DNA from: Octopus vulgaris
Lineage: Eukaryota
Reading direction: 5' to 3'
Length of the DNA: 64,000 nt
NCBI GenBank assembly: GCA_951406725.2
Contig: OX597815.1
Location: 155,124,001-155,188,000, forward strand
Part shown: in pieces, positions 27,551 to 40,743 of the stretch
How positions within the stretch are numbered: position 1 is the stretch's first letter
How the letters are laid out: every line of letters begins with the position of its first letter
Made by a program: the position numbers and the translations under genes
Notes under the pieces: generated by a model
What the model saw: only the letters and a program-made list of their open reading frames with translations
The model's database searches: none
What the model was told of the DNA's origin: nothing

Positions 27551-28988
27551 TGTTGTGGTCATCTTCGGCGGGGTAGTCCCATTCATCGAATATCTGTTAT
27601 CGAACGAAACCTACGGCATAATGATTCTTGCACGGTTTCAAGCTACGCACACTTTCATTTCCATAAATACCCATTGACATCACGCACTGCTTTTCCTGTC
27701 GTTAGGTGTTTATTGTTCTAAGATTTACATTTTAAAAGCCGACTAGTACAAGAAGTTTCATTCGTTATTATTCTTCCTTGTTGCTGTTGAAGTTTATTTT
27801 CTATTTACTTTTATTTTTAAAAAAAGTTACGTTTTGTTCAGCTTGTTATGGCTTGCCTTTCATAGTTGCTAAATTTATACAGAGCGGTAGATAATAGAGA
27901 AATACCACAGACCGAAGAGAAAGCAGCGTAGAATTATCTTCGTTGAATGAATATTTCTCATCCCGGCCCCGGACCGAAAAAAGCCGTCGTGGGACTAATT
28001 TCACAGCCCAGCTAGGCGAAATATATTTGTACAAGATTTCGTTCGCACTACATTCTGTGTTAGAATTCTTGTTACACACACGTACATATTCAAACATACA
28101 CACCACAAAGAACACTTTTATAAATACACACACGTACTTTTATAAATATATGTGTACCGAAATACATACACATATAACACGTTTATTTTATACTTTCTTT
28201 TACTCATGAATAAGTTCGGACAAGATCAATCGGAGGAAAAAAAAATTATAACAACGCGAGTGAAAGCTTCTATCATCTCGTAGACTTCCTTGTAAATGGT
28301 TCCCCATGTGCTAGACATAGCAGCTAAATATCCCTTATTTATTACCCATTACATCTAAACAAAGAAATTTGGAAACTGTACTCCTACTTGTCCTGTGTCT
28401 GAATAAGAAATAACTGCACAATCACGACTGTAAAACTTTCAAGTTGTTTGATCCATCAGAATTGCTGGGGCTTAAAAGAAAAATAAATAAATACAAAGCT
28501 ATCAACAATTAGTGGAAAGTGTACTTGTAAATTATACTTTACACATGAGTATATCTCTAAGAAAACCTGGTGACATCGTTCTACTAATGTGCTACTAATG
28601 TGCTACTAATGTATCTACTCCTGGATTCTACAAGCTAAAGATCCACGTCGATCAGTTGGATAACTAACTTGCTACCCAGTTGAAACCTGCTTTTTTTTTA
28701 GTTAAAGACTATACACACGGATGCAATACCCCGATCCGCTGGTTACCTATGAATTATGAGACAATTTACCGGTAAAGGTAAGTAGAAATTGTACATCGGT
28801 CGTAACCATGTAAATAATGAGTGTGGGAGCCGGTGATGACAGGTTATGCAGTGTGTTAGAAATAGGTGATAAATATAAGATTTAATCACATGCTTCAGTC
28901 ATAAACAGGAAGGGTATATATACGATAAGGAAGTCAGAAACGATGCGAATATGCATACATGTATATAAACATGTATACATACATATAT

Positions 28989-29054
<66 letters not shown>

Positions 29055-29121
29055 TCACACACACATACACACACCCAAACACACACACACATACACACAC
29101 ACATATATATATATATATATT

Positions 29122-29154
<33 letters not shown>

Positions 29155-29360
29155 AACTGATTTAAAGCGTGTGTGTGTGTATGTATATATTATATATTTG
29201 ATATAATTTAGATACCATACTATTTCTACAGCCTTCAAACTTATCTATTTACCAACTTATCTTCCTGTCTATCATCTACACACATACATACACTTACATA
29301 TATATATATGTGTGTGTGTGAGTGTGTGTGCGTGTGTGTGTATGTATGTATGTATGTATG

Positions 29361-29392
<32 letters not shown>

Positions 29393-29690
29393 CATATACA
29401 TATGTACGTGTACATGCAAGCATTCTTAAACACATAGATATGAGTGTGTACTTAAGTATCTCTCTCTCTCTGTATCTCTCTCCACCGGTGTTGAAGTTCT
29501 TAATTTAGAAGTTCAACTGAAAGATGGCCCAAAAGAATAAGTACTTATGTACGCAAGCACGCATGTGTATACGATAGATAGATAGATAGACAGATGTATA
29601 GATATGGATGCAGTGACATTATACATCACAGTATCCATATATGTGTGTGTGTGTGTGGTGTGTGAGTGTATGTATGTATATATATATATA

Positions 29691-29723
<33 letters not shown>

Positions 29724-29777
29724 GTACAAGCAAATATCTGTCGGTCTATCTATGTATCACTCTATCTATCTATCTAC

Positions 29778-29853
<76 letters not shown>

Positions 29854-30271
29854 TTATCTCTCTCTCTATATATATATACATAACCCTAACCCTAATCCTA
29901 TATATATATATACAATATACATATTTATATACGCATTAGTTATAAATATATACCTTTAAAGATAAGTATATATGTATACATATATATATACATGTATATA
30001 CATATGTATATATATGTATATATGTATATATGTATACATATATGTTGTTTATGTTTATGTTTTCCAGTTTCAGCTCTTGAGCTGTGGCCATGCTGGGGCA
30101 CATATATATATATATATATATATATACTTATATATATATATATACATATTTACATATTTAATTATAAATATATATATATATATGATGTATGGATATTCTT
30201 TCAGTCCACTATTCGCTTCAGATATGCGGCTATGGTCATACTGGAGCAACACATACATGCACGTATATATG

Positions 30272-30329
<58 letters not shown>

Positions 30330-30868
30330 CATACATACATACATTTACATGTTGAATTGTATATGTATATATATATATATATATATATGCTTATGTTTGC
30401 ACATGTATATATGTATATATAAGCGTGTACATATGTGTATATGTCTATGTGTATTTCAATACTAGTTATCGTATATTATTGTAAACAAAGCGAACAGGTT
30501 GCAGTAGTGTGATTGGTGCTCCTTATGATATAGATATATGTTCAAAATAAATTTAAGAACTTTGTCTACTTGCTTTAGTTTCAAAGCAAGGTCTCGAATC
30601 AAACTACATACTGGACAAGCACATCTCCGAAACACGCAAACAGATCCATATACACAGACACACAAATATGCGCGCGCACACACACGCGCGCATACAAACA
30701 CACACGCATACACACTCATATACCTATATCTGTTTATAAACGTGAACAACATGCATGCACATGCACACACATACATGAACATTCCCATATATATATATAT
30801 ATATAAGTATGTATGTTTATATGTATAAAGAATAAAAGAATAAAAGAATATATATATATATATATATA

Positions 30869-31217
30869 TATACTCTTGTATTCTTTTACTTGTTTCAGTC
30901 ATTTGACTGCGGCCATGCTGGAACGCCATCTTTAGTCGAACAAATCGACCCCAGCCTGATTCTTATTGCATTGGTCCCTTTTGCCGAACTGTCAAGTCAC
31001 GGGTACCTAAGCATCAGTTGTCAAGTGATGGTGGAGATGCATGCAAACAAACACAGATACACGCACACAAATATATATATATATAGGTCCCCGTAACCTG
31101 ACAGTTCGGCAAAAGGGACCAATGGAATAAGAATCAGGCTAGGGTCGATTTGTTCGACTAAAGAAGGCGTTCCAGCATGGCCGCAGTCAAATGACTGAAA
31201 CAAGTAAAAGAATAAAA

Positions 31218-31283
<66 letters not shown>

Positions 31284-31410
31284 GACAGGCTTCTTTCAGC
31301 TTCCGCCTACCAAATACTCTCACAAAACTTTGGTCAGCCTGAATCTACAGTAGAAGATACTTTCCCAAGTTGTTACGCTGTGGGACTGAACCCGGACTAA
31401 ACCATGTGAG
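30869..31410 (-). mobile_element. Major SINE copy containing an internal inverted duplication of its own tail
   Basis: Arms ~30869-31009 and ~31084-31225; the head resumes at ~31281. Confidence 0.85.
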
Positions 31411-31834
31411 TCACACAAGCACGCTAACGCCTGTATATATATAAACACACTTAAAATTATACCAGTCCAGTCTAGTCCAGTCCAGTTTTGTCTTACTATT
31501 ACATTGTGTGAGGGATTATACTAGCTGACTTCCTGAGTTTACTGAGACATGTATATAAATATATATATATAAAAGAAACAATTTAACAATACTATGTATG
31601 TATGTATGTATGTATGTATGTATGTATGTATGTATGTATGTATGTATGTATGTATGTATGTATGTATGTATGTATGTACGCACATATGTGCGAGGTGAGA
31701 TACGCAAATATATACATAGGTACACCTACACACATACACACTCACATACATACATATTTTTATAAATAATATATATTCACATTCATATATATATATGTGT
31801 GTGTGTGTGTGTATTTATGTATATATACATATAT

Positions 31835-32072
31835 TCTTTTATTCTTTAATTTGTTTCAGTTACTTGACTTCGGCCATGCTGGAGCACCGCCTTTAGTCGA
31901 ACAACTCGACCGCAGGACTTATTTGTTGTAAAACTAGTACTTATTCTATCGGTCACTTTTGCCGAACCGCTAAGTTACGGGGACGTGAACACACCAACAT
32001 CAGTTGTCAAGCGTCATAGTGGGGGGACAAACTCAGACACACAAACATGCACACACAACGCGCGTGCACACA

Positions 32073-32128
<56 letters not shown>

Positions 32129-32290
32129 CTATTGGTTTCTTTCTTTTTTCGTCTACCACTTCCATTCACAAGGTTTTGGTTGGCCCGAGGCTATAGTAGA
32201 AGACACTTGCCCAAGGTGTTACGCAGTGGGAATGAACCTGGAACCATGTCGTTGGTAAGCAAGCTACTTCCCACACAGCCACTCGTGCGT
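31835..32290 (-). mobile_element. Major SINE family, full length
   Basis: Colinear with 26402-26877. Confidence 0.9.
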
Positions 32291-32381
32291 ACATATAATG
32301 CATTTAATACGTATAAAGAATATTTAACACATGCTATATCTATATGCTTATATAAACATCTAAATAGGTGTATATATTTAT

Positions 32382-32660
32382 AGAAATGCCAGAACTGGAT
32401 GCCACTGTATTGTACCAAATATATCATCCACTTCATCTAAATCCAGGAACAAGTTCTGCAATAGCCTAGAGTTCAATGACCCACATCTCTTCAATGCCAT
32501 GCCACAAAAGTTAAGAAAGTTACTTAATGTGGGCGTAGATGTTTTCGAAAAGGAACTAGACTCCCACCTCTCTACAATACCTAATGAGCTGATGGCCCGT
32601 CATGAGGTACAAACGGGAGCAGTGGAATCGAACTCACCCATACTCCAAATGAGCCAACAG
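32382..32660 (+). mobile_element. CR1-group LINE ORF2 C-terminal fragment
   Basis: RTGCHCIVP...NSLEFNDPHLFNAMPQKLRKL..VGVDVFEKELDSHLSTIPNE...AVESNS. Confidence 0.75.
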
Positions 32661-32706
32661 CTGAGACAAAGTCACATACACACACTCGCACACTCACGTT
32701 GAAATC

Positions 32707-32753
<47 letters not shown>

Positions 32754-32889
32754 GTGTGTGTGCGTGTGCGTGTGTGTGTGTGTGTGTTGAATCTAAATTT
32801 AGCATATATTTTGCCTGTAAAGGTCTAAAAACTTGCTATCCATCTTATTAGCATTAATAATGGTAATAACACTTCTTTATATATATATA

Positions 32890-33292
32890 CAAGGTGTGGT
32901 GAATAAACTGTCGTCTAAATTACGCAAAAATGAAGCAATATTGACATATCATTTTAACACATATATTTACCAAAATTGCATAAAACTATTTTGAAATACT
33001 AAAGGATAAATTTATTCAATAAAATCGCCGTTAACTTCAACCACGGCTTTCTGACGACTTCGGACTTCGGAATTTCCTGCAACCTTTCTGGATGGTCTCC
33101 TTGTTTAAGTTGGTGAATGCTGCCATAATCCTTGCCTTCAGTTCATCTTTGGTGTTACAAGGGGTTTTGTTGGTCCCTCGCTCAACTGCGCCCCACACAT
33201 AATAATCAAGGATGTTGTAGTCTGGGGAGTTAGGTGGTCAGATGTTAGGGGTGATGTGGTCGCAGAAATTGTCTCCCAGTCATAACTGGGTT
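32890..33292 (-). mobile_element. Second, truncated copy of the maT-like transposon at 18837-19732
   Basis: Colinear with 18837-19240; WPPNSPDY-type motif. Confidence 0.85.
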
Positions 33293-33591
33293 CTCTTCTT
33301 CGCCGTTCCTTCTCTCTCACTCCTCATCCTTGACTCTCTCGTCGCTGACACGTGACGAAAGAGAATCTATCTTTCTGCTCATTACCTTCCTAAAGACAAA
33401 ACTGTCTCCTCTTATACTGTCTCTTCTCATAAGCTCGTCTTCCTAGCGTTCATAATAATTTTTCTATCGTCTTGACTTAACAGCCCTCAACGTTTGTTTT
33501 TACTGTTTTGTTCTAACTGTCCTGTTCTTGTTACCACTTTCACCCTCCGCAAAAATCTCAAATTTTATTTAATTTACTTTGCGGGAAGGAC

Positions 33592-33668
33592 TGTTTCAAC
33601 GAAGTCGCGTATTGTCCTTGCTTTCGCAATGCGGAGTAGATGAAATAGGGACAACTGAAGAAGGGGAA
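33592..33668 (+). ncRNA. Candidate non-circularly-permuted (pseudoknotted) hammerhead ribozyme, family 1
   Basis: ucgcg-U-A-uuguccu ... uuuc-GCAA-ugcgg ... gggacaa-CUGAAGA-a-gggg; 7-8 bp stem I, 6-bp stem III, weak stem II, A13 changed to C. Confidence 0.6.
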
Positions 33669-33950
33669 TGTTCTTTATGTTGCATCATGTCTCGCTTCTC
33701 GGTTTTTTCGCTGTTCCAAAAAATGTTCATTTCTATGTTTTTGTTTTTATGTTTTCGTTTCTCATTGTGTTCAACGTTTTTTCGATGTCCTGTACCCATA
33801 TATTCATATATACATACATGTATATGTAGGTATGTATATATATATATCTACGTATATATGCGTATATTTATATATCATTCATATTATTATATGATCAAAC
33901 ACCACGTAAGTTATATATATATAAGTAAGTTATATATATATAAGAAAAAA

Positions 33951-34292
33951 GAAAATGGAGATTGGGAAGTTAAAGTTAATAATTGCTTATTATTAACACC
34001 AAATTAATCATCATCCCTTACAGCTGTTTCAATTAACACTCAGTAAATATTAAGGAAATATTAAAGTTACATGAGCTGAGCATAATATCATCAGAGTCTG
34101 CTATAATGAATCCATAAACACATAAAACATCCAAGAGTATATTTTTACTTCCATCTGAAGATATTATGACCAGGTCATATAAATTTAATATTTACTTAAT
34201 ATTTACTGAAAATAAATTGAAACAGCTGTAAGGGATGATGATTAATTTGTTGTTAATAATAAACAATTATTAACTTCCCAACCTCCATTTTC
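33951..34292. mobile_element. Inverted pair of Penelope-type terminal repeats, each with a type-I hammerhead
   Basis: Arms ~33951-34096 and ~34154-34292; CUGAUGA...GAAAC-agcu-GUA on - (34016-34097) and CUGAAGA...GAAAC-agcu-GUA on + (34150-34235); (TA)n flanks. Confidence 0.8.
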
Positions 34293-34328
34293 TTTTACTT
34301 CTTTGAGATGCATAAAAACTGTATGTTT

Positions 34329-34391
<63 letters not shown>

Positions 34392-34421
34392 ATATACGTA
34401 TATATATACATATATATATAC

Positions 34422-34541
<120 letters not shown>

Positions 34542-34659
34542 CATATATATTATTTTAAGGAAATTAATTCCCCCAAAATACTACATATTGAACCAGTATT
34601 TCCTTGGGTGAAAATATCCCTTCATGAGGTTAACACAGCCCCTATAATCGAAATTAAAT

Positions 34660-34723
<64 letters not shown>

Positions 34724-35504
34724 GTACACTCACATACTATCAAGTCAATATATCTCCCACCGAAATGCTGTATCTTCACTTTTCTATTTTTCTTGATGTC
34801 CCTGTTTCTTAGAAGACTGACATTTAAACCCGAATTACTTGTCACCTATCCTTACCTATATTATGATTCCATGACACTTGCTTTAAGCCACCTTTTCTCT
34901 CATGGGTGGCCGACGGTATTGCAGAGCCAGTAATTTGATCACCTCTGCTGTACGTGGGTTTTTTTCCCGAAGTAAGTACGTAGCCCCATGTACACTAACC
35001 ATCTCAGTCATTGATGGAGACGCTACGAAGGAAAGGCAAATAAATACATTTCACGTATCCATATATATGCCTTTGGGCCCTCGCTCCAGATTTACTGTAA
35101 GGGATTGTTCCCTTGGCCGCTTGTAAATGCTCATAAAATTACCCTAGAGGGCAGCAGGGGTTTATTATTATAATGGGTATTTTTTGTAGAGTCAGTACCA
35201 CTGGCTTGTCCTTCAAGCTTGCATTGGTCTGATGCAAGCAGTACCACGAGCGCAGTAGTTATCAGGGTGCGGGATTTGTATTGAGTTACCTTCTCTTAGA
35301 TGAGTAGTTAAATTGCTGAAGGACCTGATCATTAAGGGTAATTCCGTGACTATATTTGAGACACCGTAGGCGCCACTACCCAGTGTCAGAGCGGAAGGAC
35401 TTGGGAACAATGGTGGCTACTAAGAATTTATTCCACACTCGCAAAACCCTGTATCTCCTGAACATGGCCCTCACTATATACACATATAAATATATAAAGA
35501 TATA

Positions 35505-35930
35505 TATGCCGTGTTGTAAGAAGCTTGCTTCCCAACCACTTGATCCTGGGTTCAGTCCCACTGCGTGGGGCCTTGGACGAGTATCTCCTGCTATAACATC
35601 GGGCCCATTAAAGCCTTGCCAGTGAATTTCGTAAACGGAAACTGAAAGAAGCCCATCGTATACACATTCATATAAATATGTGTATGTGCGTCTGTGTGTA
35701 TGTGTGTGTGTTTGTGTCTCTGTTTGTTCCCCTCACCCACGCCGCTTGAAAACCGGTGTTGGCATGCTTACGCCCTCGTAACCTAGCGGTTTGGCAAAAT
35801 AAATAAATAGATAGGATACTAGGCTTTAAAAAACAACAAGTACTGGGATCGATTCATTTGACTAAAAACTCTTCAAGGCAGTGTCCTAGCAAGGAAACAG
35901 TCTGTTGTCTGAAACAAGTAAAAGATAAAT
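35505..35930 (+). mobile_element. Major SINE family, diverged copy
   Basis: Colinear similarity; a still older copy at ~36255-36550. Confidence 0.8.
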
Positions 35931-35936
35931 ATAGAA

Positions 35937-35978
<42 letters not shown>

Positions 35979-37839
35979 CACATGTACCTGCCTATCTGTC
36001 TGTGTTGTCTGTGTATCTATATGTAAGTAAGTTTAAGTATGTGTAATAAAATTAAAAGTCTAAAAAATGTAGAATCGAAGGCGAGTCGTGGTGGTCTGCG
36101 TCAGCAAAATAAATCTATAATAATCTGCTACGCTATTCATATCTAATATAACTATAGAACAAAATCGAAGACCTAATTTTTTTATATATACAAAGCATAC
36201 TGTCCCTAAGATGTTTAACTATGTTTAACTGTTTTGTTTAATAATTATACATTCGCCGGCATGGCTGTGTGGTTAAGAACGTCGCTTTGCAAGCACGTGA
36301 TTTTGAGTTCAGTCTCCACTTTCGTCAAATATTTTCTGCTATGTTCTTGGACCGACAAATGCATTCTGATTTGAAATTCGTCGCGTGTGCGTTTGCGGTT
36401 GTCTCTCACCCTTTGATCGTCAGTGTTGGAATATTCATATATCCTTTAACTAGCGGTTCGGGAAAAACGAGAACGATAGAATAATACCAGGCTGAAAATA
36501 AATACAGGAAGCGATTTGACTAAGCTCCTTAAGACGGTGCTTCAGCATGGCTAAAGTTAATGGTTAGCTCATTTGGATAGTTACAGTACTTCCTTCATAG
36601 GGTTCTGAGTTCGAGCCTAGCCATAACCAGTCTGTACGGTTGCATTTCTATTTGTTTAAACATTGCTAACTTAGTCATACAGTAACAAAATAATATTATA
36701 GGAAAATCATATTTTTGATTTAATCCAAGTTGCAAATGTTTACTCTATAAGCATTATTTTTTTTTTATATTTTCAGTAGTTTCCATAACACTGACGTAAC
36801 AGCGTTACTGAAATTATTGAAAGAGAAATAAACCAGTATTATCTCGTAGACAGTTGTATGTGGCTCTTTCTGAAGTGAGTCTAGTCTTTGACGTAAATAT
36901 AAAACTAGTAAATGACAGTTCTCAAAGTAGGACAGATGACAAGTGTACAACAAAGAATATAATTCTAAAAGAGGTCATCTCTTAGGACTATATACCCAGT
37001 ACTACCTATGTGGAATTTATGCCATTTCAAATATCAAACTATTGAAAAATATGCAATACATTTATAAACTACTACCAATCATATAGTACACAAATTAGAG
37101 GCAGAATTTCTACTGGTTTTATAAAAGTTACAGCATTCAGGAAAAAAATGCCATTCTTATAGAAAGTTACTTTGTTCGACATATACGGAGAGGCCGTATG
37201 AAAGCTTTCTCATAGCAGTATAACAATATAAGCGATTTTACTGTTATGTATGTATAGACATTTGTACATGAATATATTCATACGCGAACGCACATGTACA
37301 CACACACACAGACACATATGTATATATCATGTGTGTGTGTGTGTGTGTGTGTATGTTAGTCATAAGGATTCTTTAAGCCTCAAGGCACATCAACATGTAA
37401 GACTCCATAAAATGGTTTGCTACAAACACATAGAGCTCGCGGTGAAATAAAGTGAATCTGTAGACTTCAAGTGCTGGCAGGGCAATGTTAGATATGCCAG
37501 TACCATTTCCAATTTGTAACCATCGATCCGATTCACCAGCAGATCTTAGGTATGGCATAGGTATAAAACACGAATGGAGTTTACGACAGCTGCTCTGACA
37601 GAATTTTACGTATTTCAGTCGTAAAAGATAAAATCATAACATACAATTCACCATCGTCTGGTAAAAATTTTAAATATGTAAGATTTTAAACAGTCGACTT
37701 GGACATAAGCAACATTTGCTGGGCTCGACTGTTAAAATCTCACCCGTTTAAAGTTTTATCTGCTGATGGTATATTGTTTATGATGCTGTAATCTTTTACA
37801 ACATTACATAAAATTTTACCGCCATTTGCGTTTACTACT

Positions 37840-37916
<77 letters not shown>

Positions 37917-37962
37917 AAACAAGTCAAAAATAGAAAATGCTAAAATAATTTTATAGTGAACA

Positions 37963-38006
37963 TTTCAGTACCGGTTTCGGTCATTTTGAGACCTTTTCAA
38001 CTGTAA
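37963..38006 (-). ncRNA. Minimal type-I hammerhead ribozyme, U3:A8 core variant
   Basis: uuacag-UUGAAAA-gguc(ucaaaau)gacc-GAAAC-cg-GU-A-cugaaa; palindromic stem III ACCGGU; same sense as the Penelope ORF. Confidence 0.8.
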
Positions 38007-38610
38007 CGATTAAATAATTAAATTTAGAAAAATTAGAAGAAAAGTTTTTTTAAAGGAATATTTCTATAGTAGTGTTCAGATATAAGTGGCATTCTGCCTT
38101 TCTATGACTCCCTTGTTTGCACTTGTGTGTTCGAGGTCGTTGTGAGTTCTTGGTAGGGTAGTAGAGGAAGAGGGCTGGTGAGGAAAGGGGGTGGGAGAAT
38201 CTGGGAGTGCCCTGATGGTCGTATTTTGAATGGTCAGTGGCGGCTGGCAGTCTCAGTTCAATTCAGGAGAATATTTATATTGACAGGCTTGTTTATAGAA
38301 TTAGCGTAGGTGTTATACTAAAAAACATTAGTGACAAAGTTAAGGGGTAGGGGGTGGAGAAGTAGAAGAAGAAGAAGAAGAAGAAGAAGAAGAAGAAGGA
38401 GAAGGAGAAGGAGAAGGAGAAGATGACGATGATGGTGATGGTGGTGATGATTATGACGACGATGATGATGATAATGATGATGATGAAGAAGAAGAAGAAG
38501 AAGAAGAAGAAGAAGAAGAAGAAGAAGAAGAAGAAGGAGGAGAAGGAGAAGATGGTGGTGATGATGGTGGTGATGATGATGACGACGATGATGATGATAA
38601 TGATGATGAT

Positions 38611-38643
<33 letters not shown>

Positions 38644-38773
38644 AAAAACAGAGAAGGGAGAATATGAATGGGTGTAAATATAGCTATGAAGGGGCTGATT
38701 AGTAATGGATTCTATGGAGTGTAATATTTGTGTGTGTATATATATTTTTCTTTTATTCTAAAGTTGAGGTATA

Positions 38774-39745
38774 TTAATTGTTTGTCGTAGACCCGTTAAG
38801 AAGTGGCTTGTATTTTGTAATAAAGAGATTTTCTTTACTTATTCGTTGTCTCGAGGTTGTATCGTCCCTAAATTGGTAGAGGGGGACAATTCTGAAGTTT
38901 GGTGTTTTTTTGTTGGCGCAAGTATCTATGTGTTGGCTAAAAGCTATTTTTCTGTTTTGGGGAATTTTTATCTGGGATCTGTGCAGGGCCATTCGTTTAC
39001 GCAAACCATTTTTTGTTTGGCCTATGTACTGCTCTTGACACCCGGAGCAGGTTAGTGAGTATATTAGGTTCTCCGAAGCACATGTGAAGTTGCTTTTCAC
39101 TGTAAACCGTTGTCCCTGTTTGAAGGAGAACTCTGATCCCTCAATAAGATAGTCGCATATCCCGCAATTGGGTTTTCCACATTTTTTTACTGTCGGCTTC
39201 TGTGTTGAAGAGTGAATTCGGGCTTGTGTAAGGAGACTTTTCATGGATCTAGGCTGTCTTTTGCTTTTTATGATCATGTGTGTTTGGAGGATTGTGTTCA
39301 TTCTGTGGTCTTTTTTTAGGAGGGGTATGTTGTGGAGGATGGTGTCGAAGGCTTCGTTATTGAGAGGGTTGTGTGTGGAGATGTATGGTAAGGCTTTTGG
39401 TTGTAAGTTTTTCTTGGATTTGGGATGTCTCAGTTCCTTGATGTTAAGTTGAAGGGCACGTTGAATGCACTTGTCAATAAGTGAAGGTGGATAGTTCCTG
39501 GTGATTAGGGTATCTTTTAGTTCTTGTAGTCGTGTGTCTCTGGTGTTTGCGTTAGAGACTATAGTGCATATCCTTTTTGCTAGATTGAAGGGGATATTCA
39601 TCCTGGTGTGTCTGGGGTGGCATGAATTGAATGGAAGATATTGCTTAGAGTCTGTAGGCTTATAGTATATGTCTGTTTCTATTATATTATTAGCTTTCTT
39701 AATGAGGATATCGAGGAAGGGGAGTTGTTGTTGGCTATATTCCAT
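38774..39745 (-). CDS. Penelope-like RT thumb + Cys-rich linker + GIY-YIG endonuclease (partial, uninterrupted, 323 aa)
   Basis: LPFLDI, YYKPTDSKQYL..SCHP, CGKPNCGIC linker, LIYSLTCSGCQEQYIGQT...LRKRMALHR...H, KENLFI, LLN. Confidence 0.92.
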   Translation of the reverse strand: MEYSQQQLPFLDILIKKANNIIETDIYYKPTDSKQYLPFNSCHPRHTRMNIPFNLAKRICTIVSNANTRDTRLQELKDTLITRNYPPSLIDKCIQRALQLNIKELRHPKSKKNLQPKALPYISTHNPLNNEAFDTILHNIPLLKKDHRMNTILQTHMIIKSKRQPRSMKSLLTQARIHSSTQKPTVKKCGKPNCGICDYLIEGSEFSFKQGQRFTVKSNFTCASENLIYSLTCSGCQEQYIGQTKNGLRKRMALHRSQIKIPQNRKIAFSQHIDTCANKKTPNFRIVPLYQFRDDTTSRQRISKENLFITKYKPLLNGSTTNN

Positions 39746-40084
39746 CGTGAATTGGATGTTTACGTCCAGTCCGATATATATATATATATTCTAGCAGAGA
39801 TACCCGGCGGTGCTCGGAATTAAGATAGCATAGTTTTTTTTATTGTTTTACTTGTTTCTGTTATGTGGCTGCGGCAATGCTGCAGCACCACTTTTAGTCG
39901 AACAAATCGACCTCAGGATTTATTCTTTGTAAGTTTAGTACTGATTCTATCGGTTTGTATTGCCAAACAGCTAAGTTATGGGGAAATAAACACACCAAAA
40001 TTGGTTGTCAAACGATGGTGGGGGTACACCATATATATATATATATTTATATATACATGTATATATAAATATATACATATATAA

Positions 40085-40229
40085 ATAGTTACTCCAAACA
40101 TGAAAGCACAGAGAAAACACGACAACGGGAGGACGCGGAACAAGTATTGTGTTATTGAACGCTCAGGAAAGGAAAGAAAGAAGGAGGATTTAACGTTTCG
40201 AGCAGAGCTCTTCGTCAGAAACATAGAAA
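40085..40229 (-). mobile_element. Short Penelope-type terminal repeat with minimal hammerhead (40189-40221)
   Basis: uuu-CUGACGA-a-gagc(ucu)gcuc-GAAAC-GU-U-aaa; related fragments at ~22245-22360 and ~42005-42060. Confidence 0.75.
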
Positions 40230-40743
40230 AAGCTACACTTTAGCGTCGTATTTTTACGTTCGCTATTTCCAGTAAATATCGGTACTTAGTTGTGCCATTT
40301 ATTTACTAATTTGTGTATTTTTCCCTCACGGGCTACTTTTTACTGGAAGGCAATACTTTGTATTGCATTACTGATATTTTGAAACTTCTTCACCGTTTCT
40401 CGTACTGTTAGCGTTCCGTATTTCAGTCGAGTGTGTTGGTATTTATGTGGTAACATCGTAGTTTCGTCTTGGTATATGTTTGGCTGAAGAAGATAAAGCA
40501 AATATGGGTGAGAGACATATCTTGCAAAACCTGAAACCTGCAGGTACCACATTATCCATTTTCCGGGTGTTTCATCTTTCAGATGTTCTCCCTGGAGGTA
40601 AGCCGGTTTTTTATTCTCTATTTTGTTGCACACACGCATTTTTACTAATACATACGCGGTGAAGCTACACTTTAGCGTCGTATTTTTACGTTCGCTATTT
40701 CCAGTAAATATCGGTACTTAGTTGTGCCATTTATTTACTAATT

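Larger units (their letters stand above)
37913..39773 (-). mobile_element. 5'-truncated Penelope-like element (Neptune-type) inserted in (TA)n
   Basis: Contains ORF 38774-39745, a long 3' region with a GAA/GAT expansion and a terminal hammerhead; TA repeats at both ends. Confidence 0.92.
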
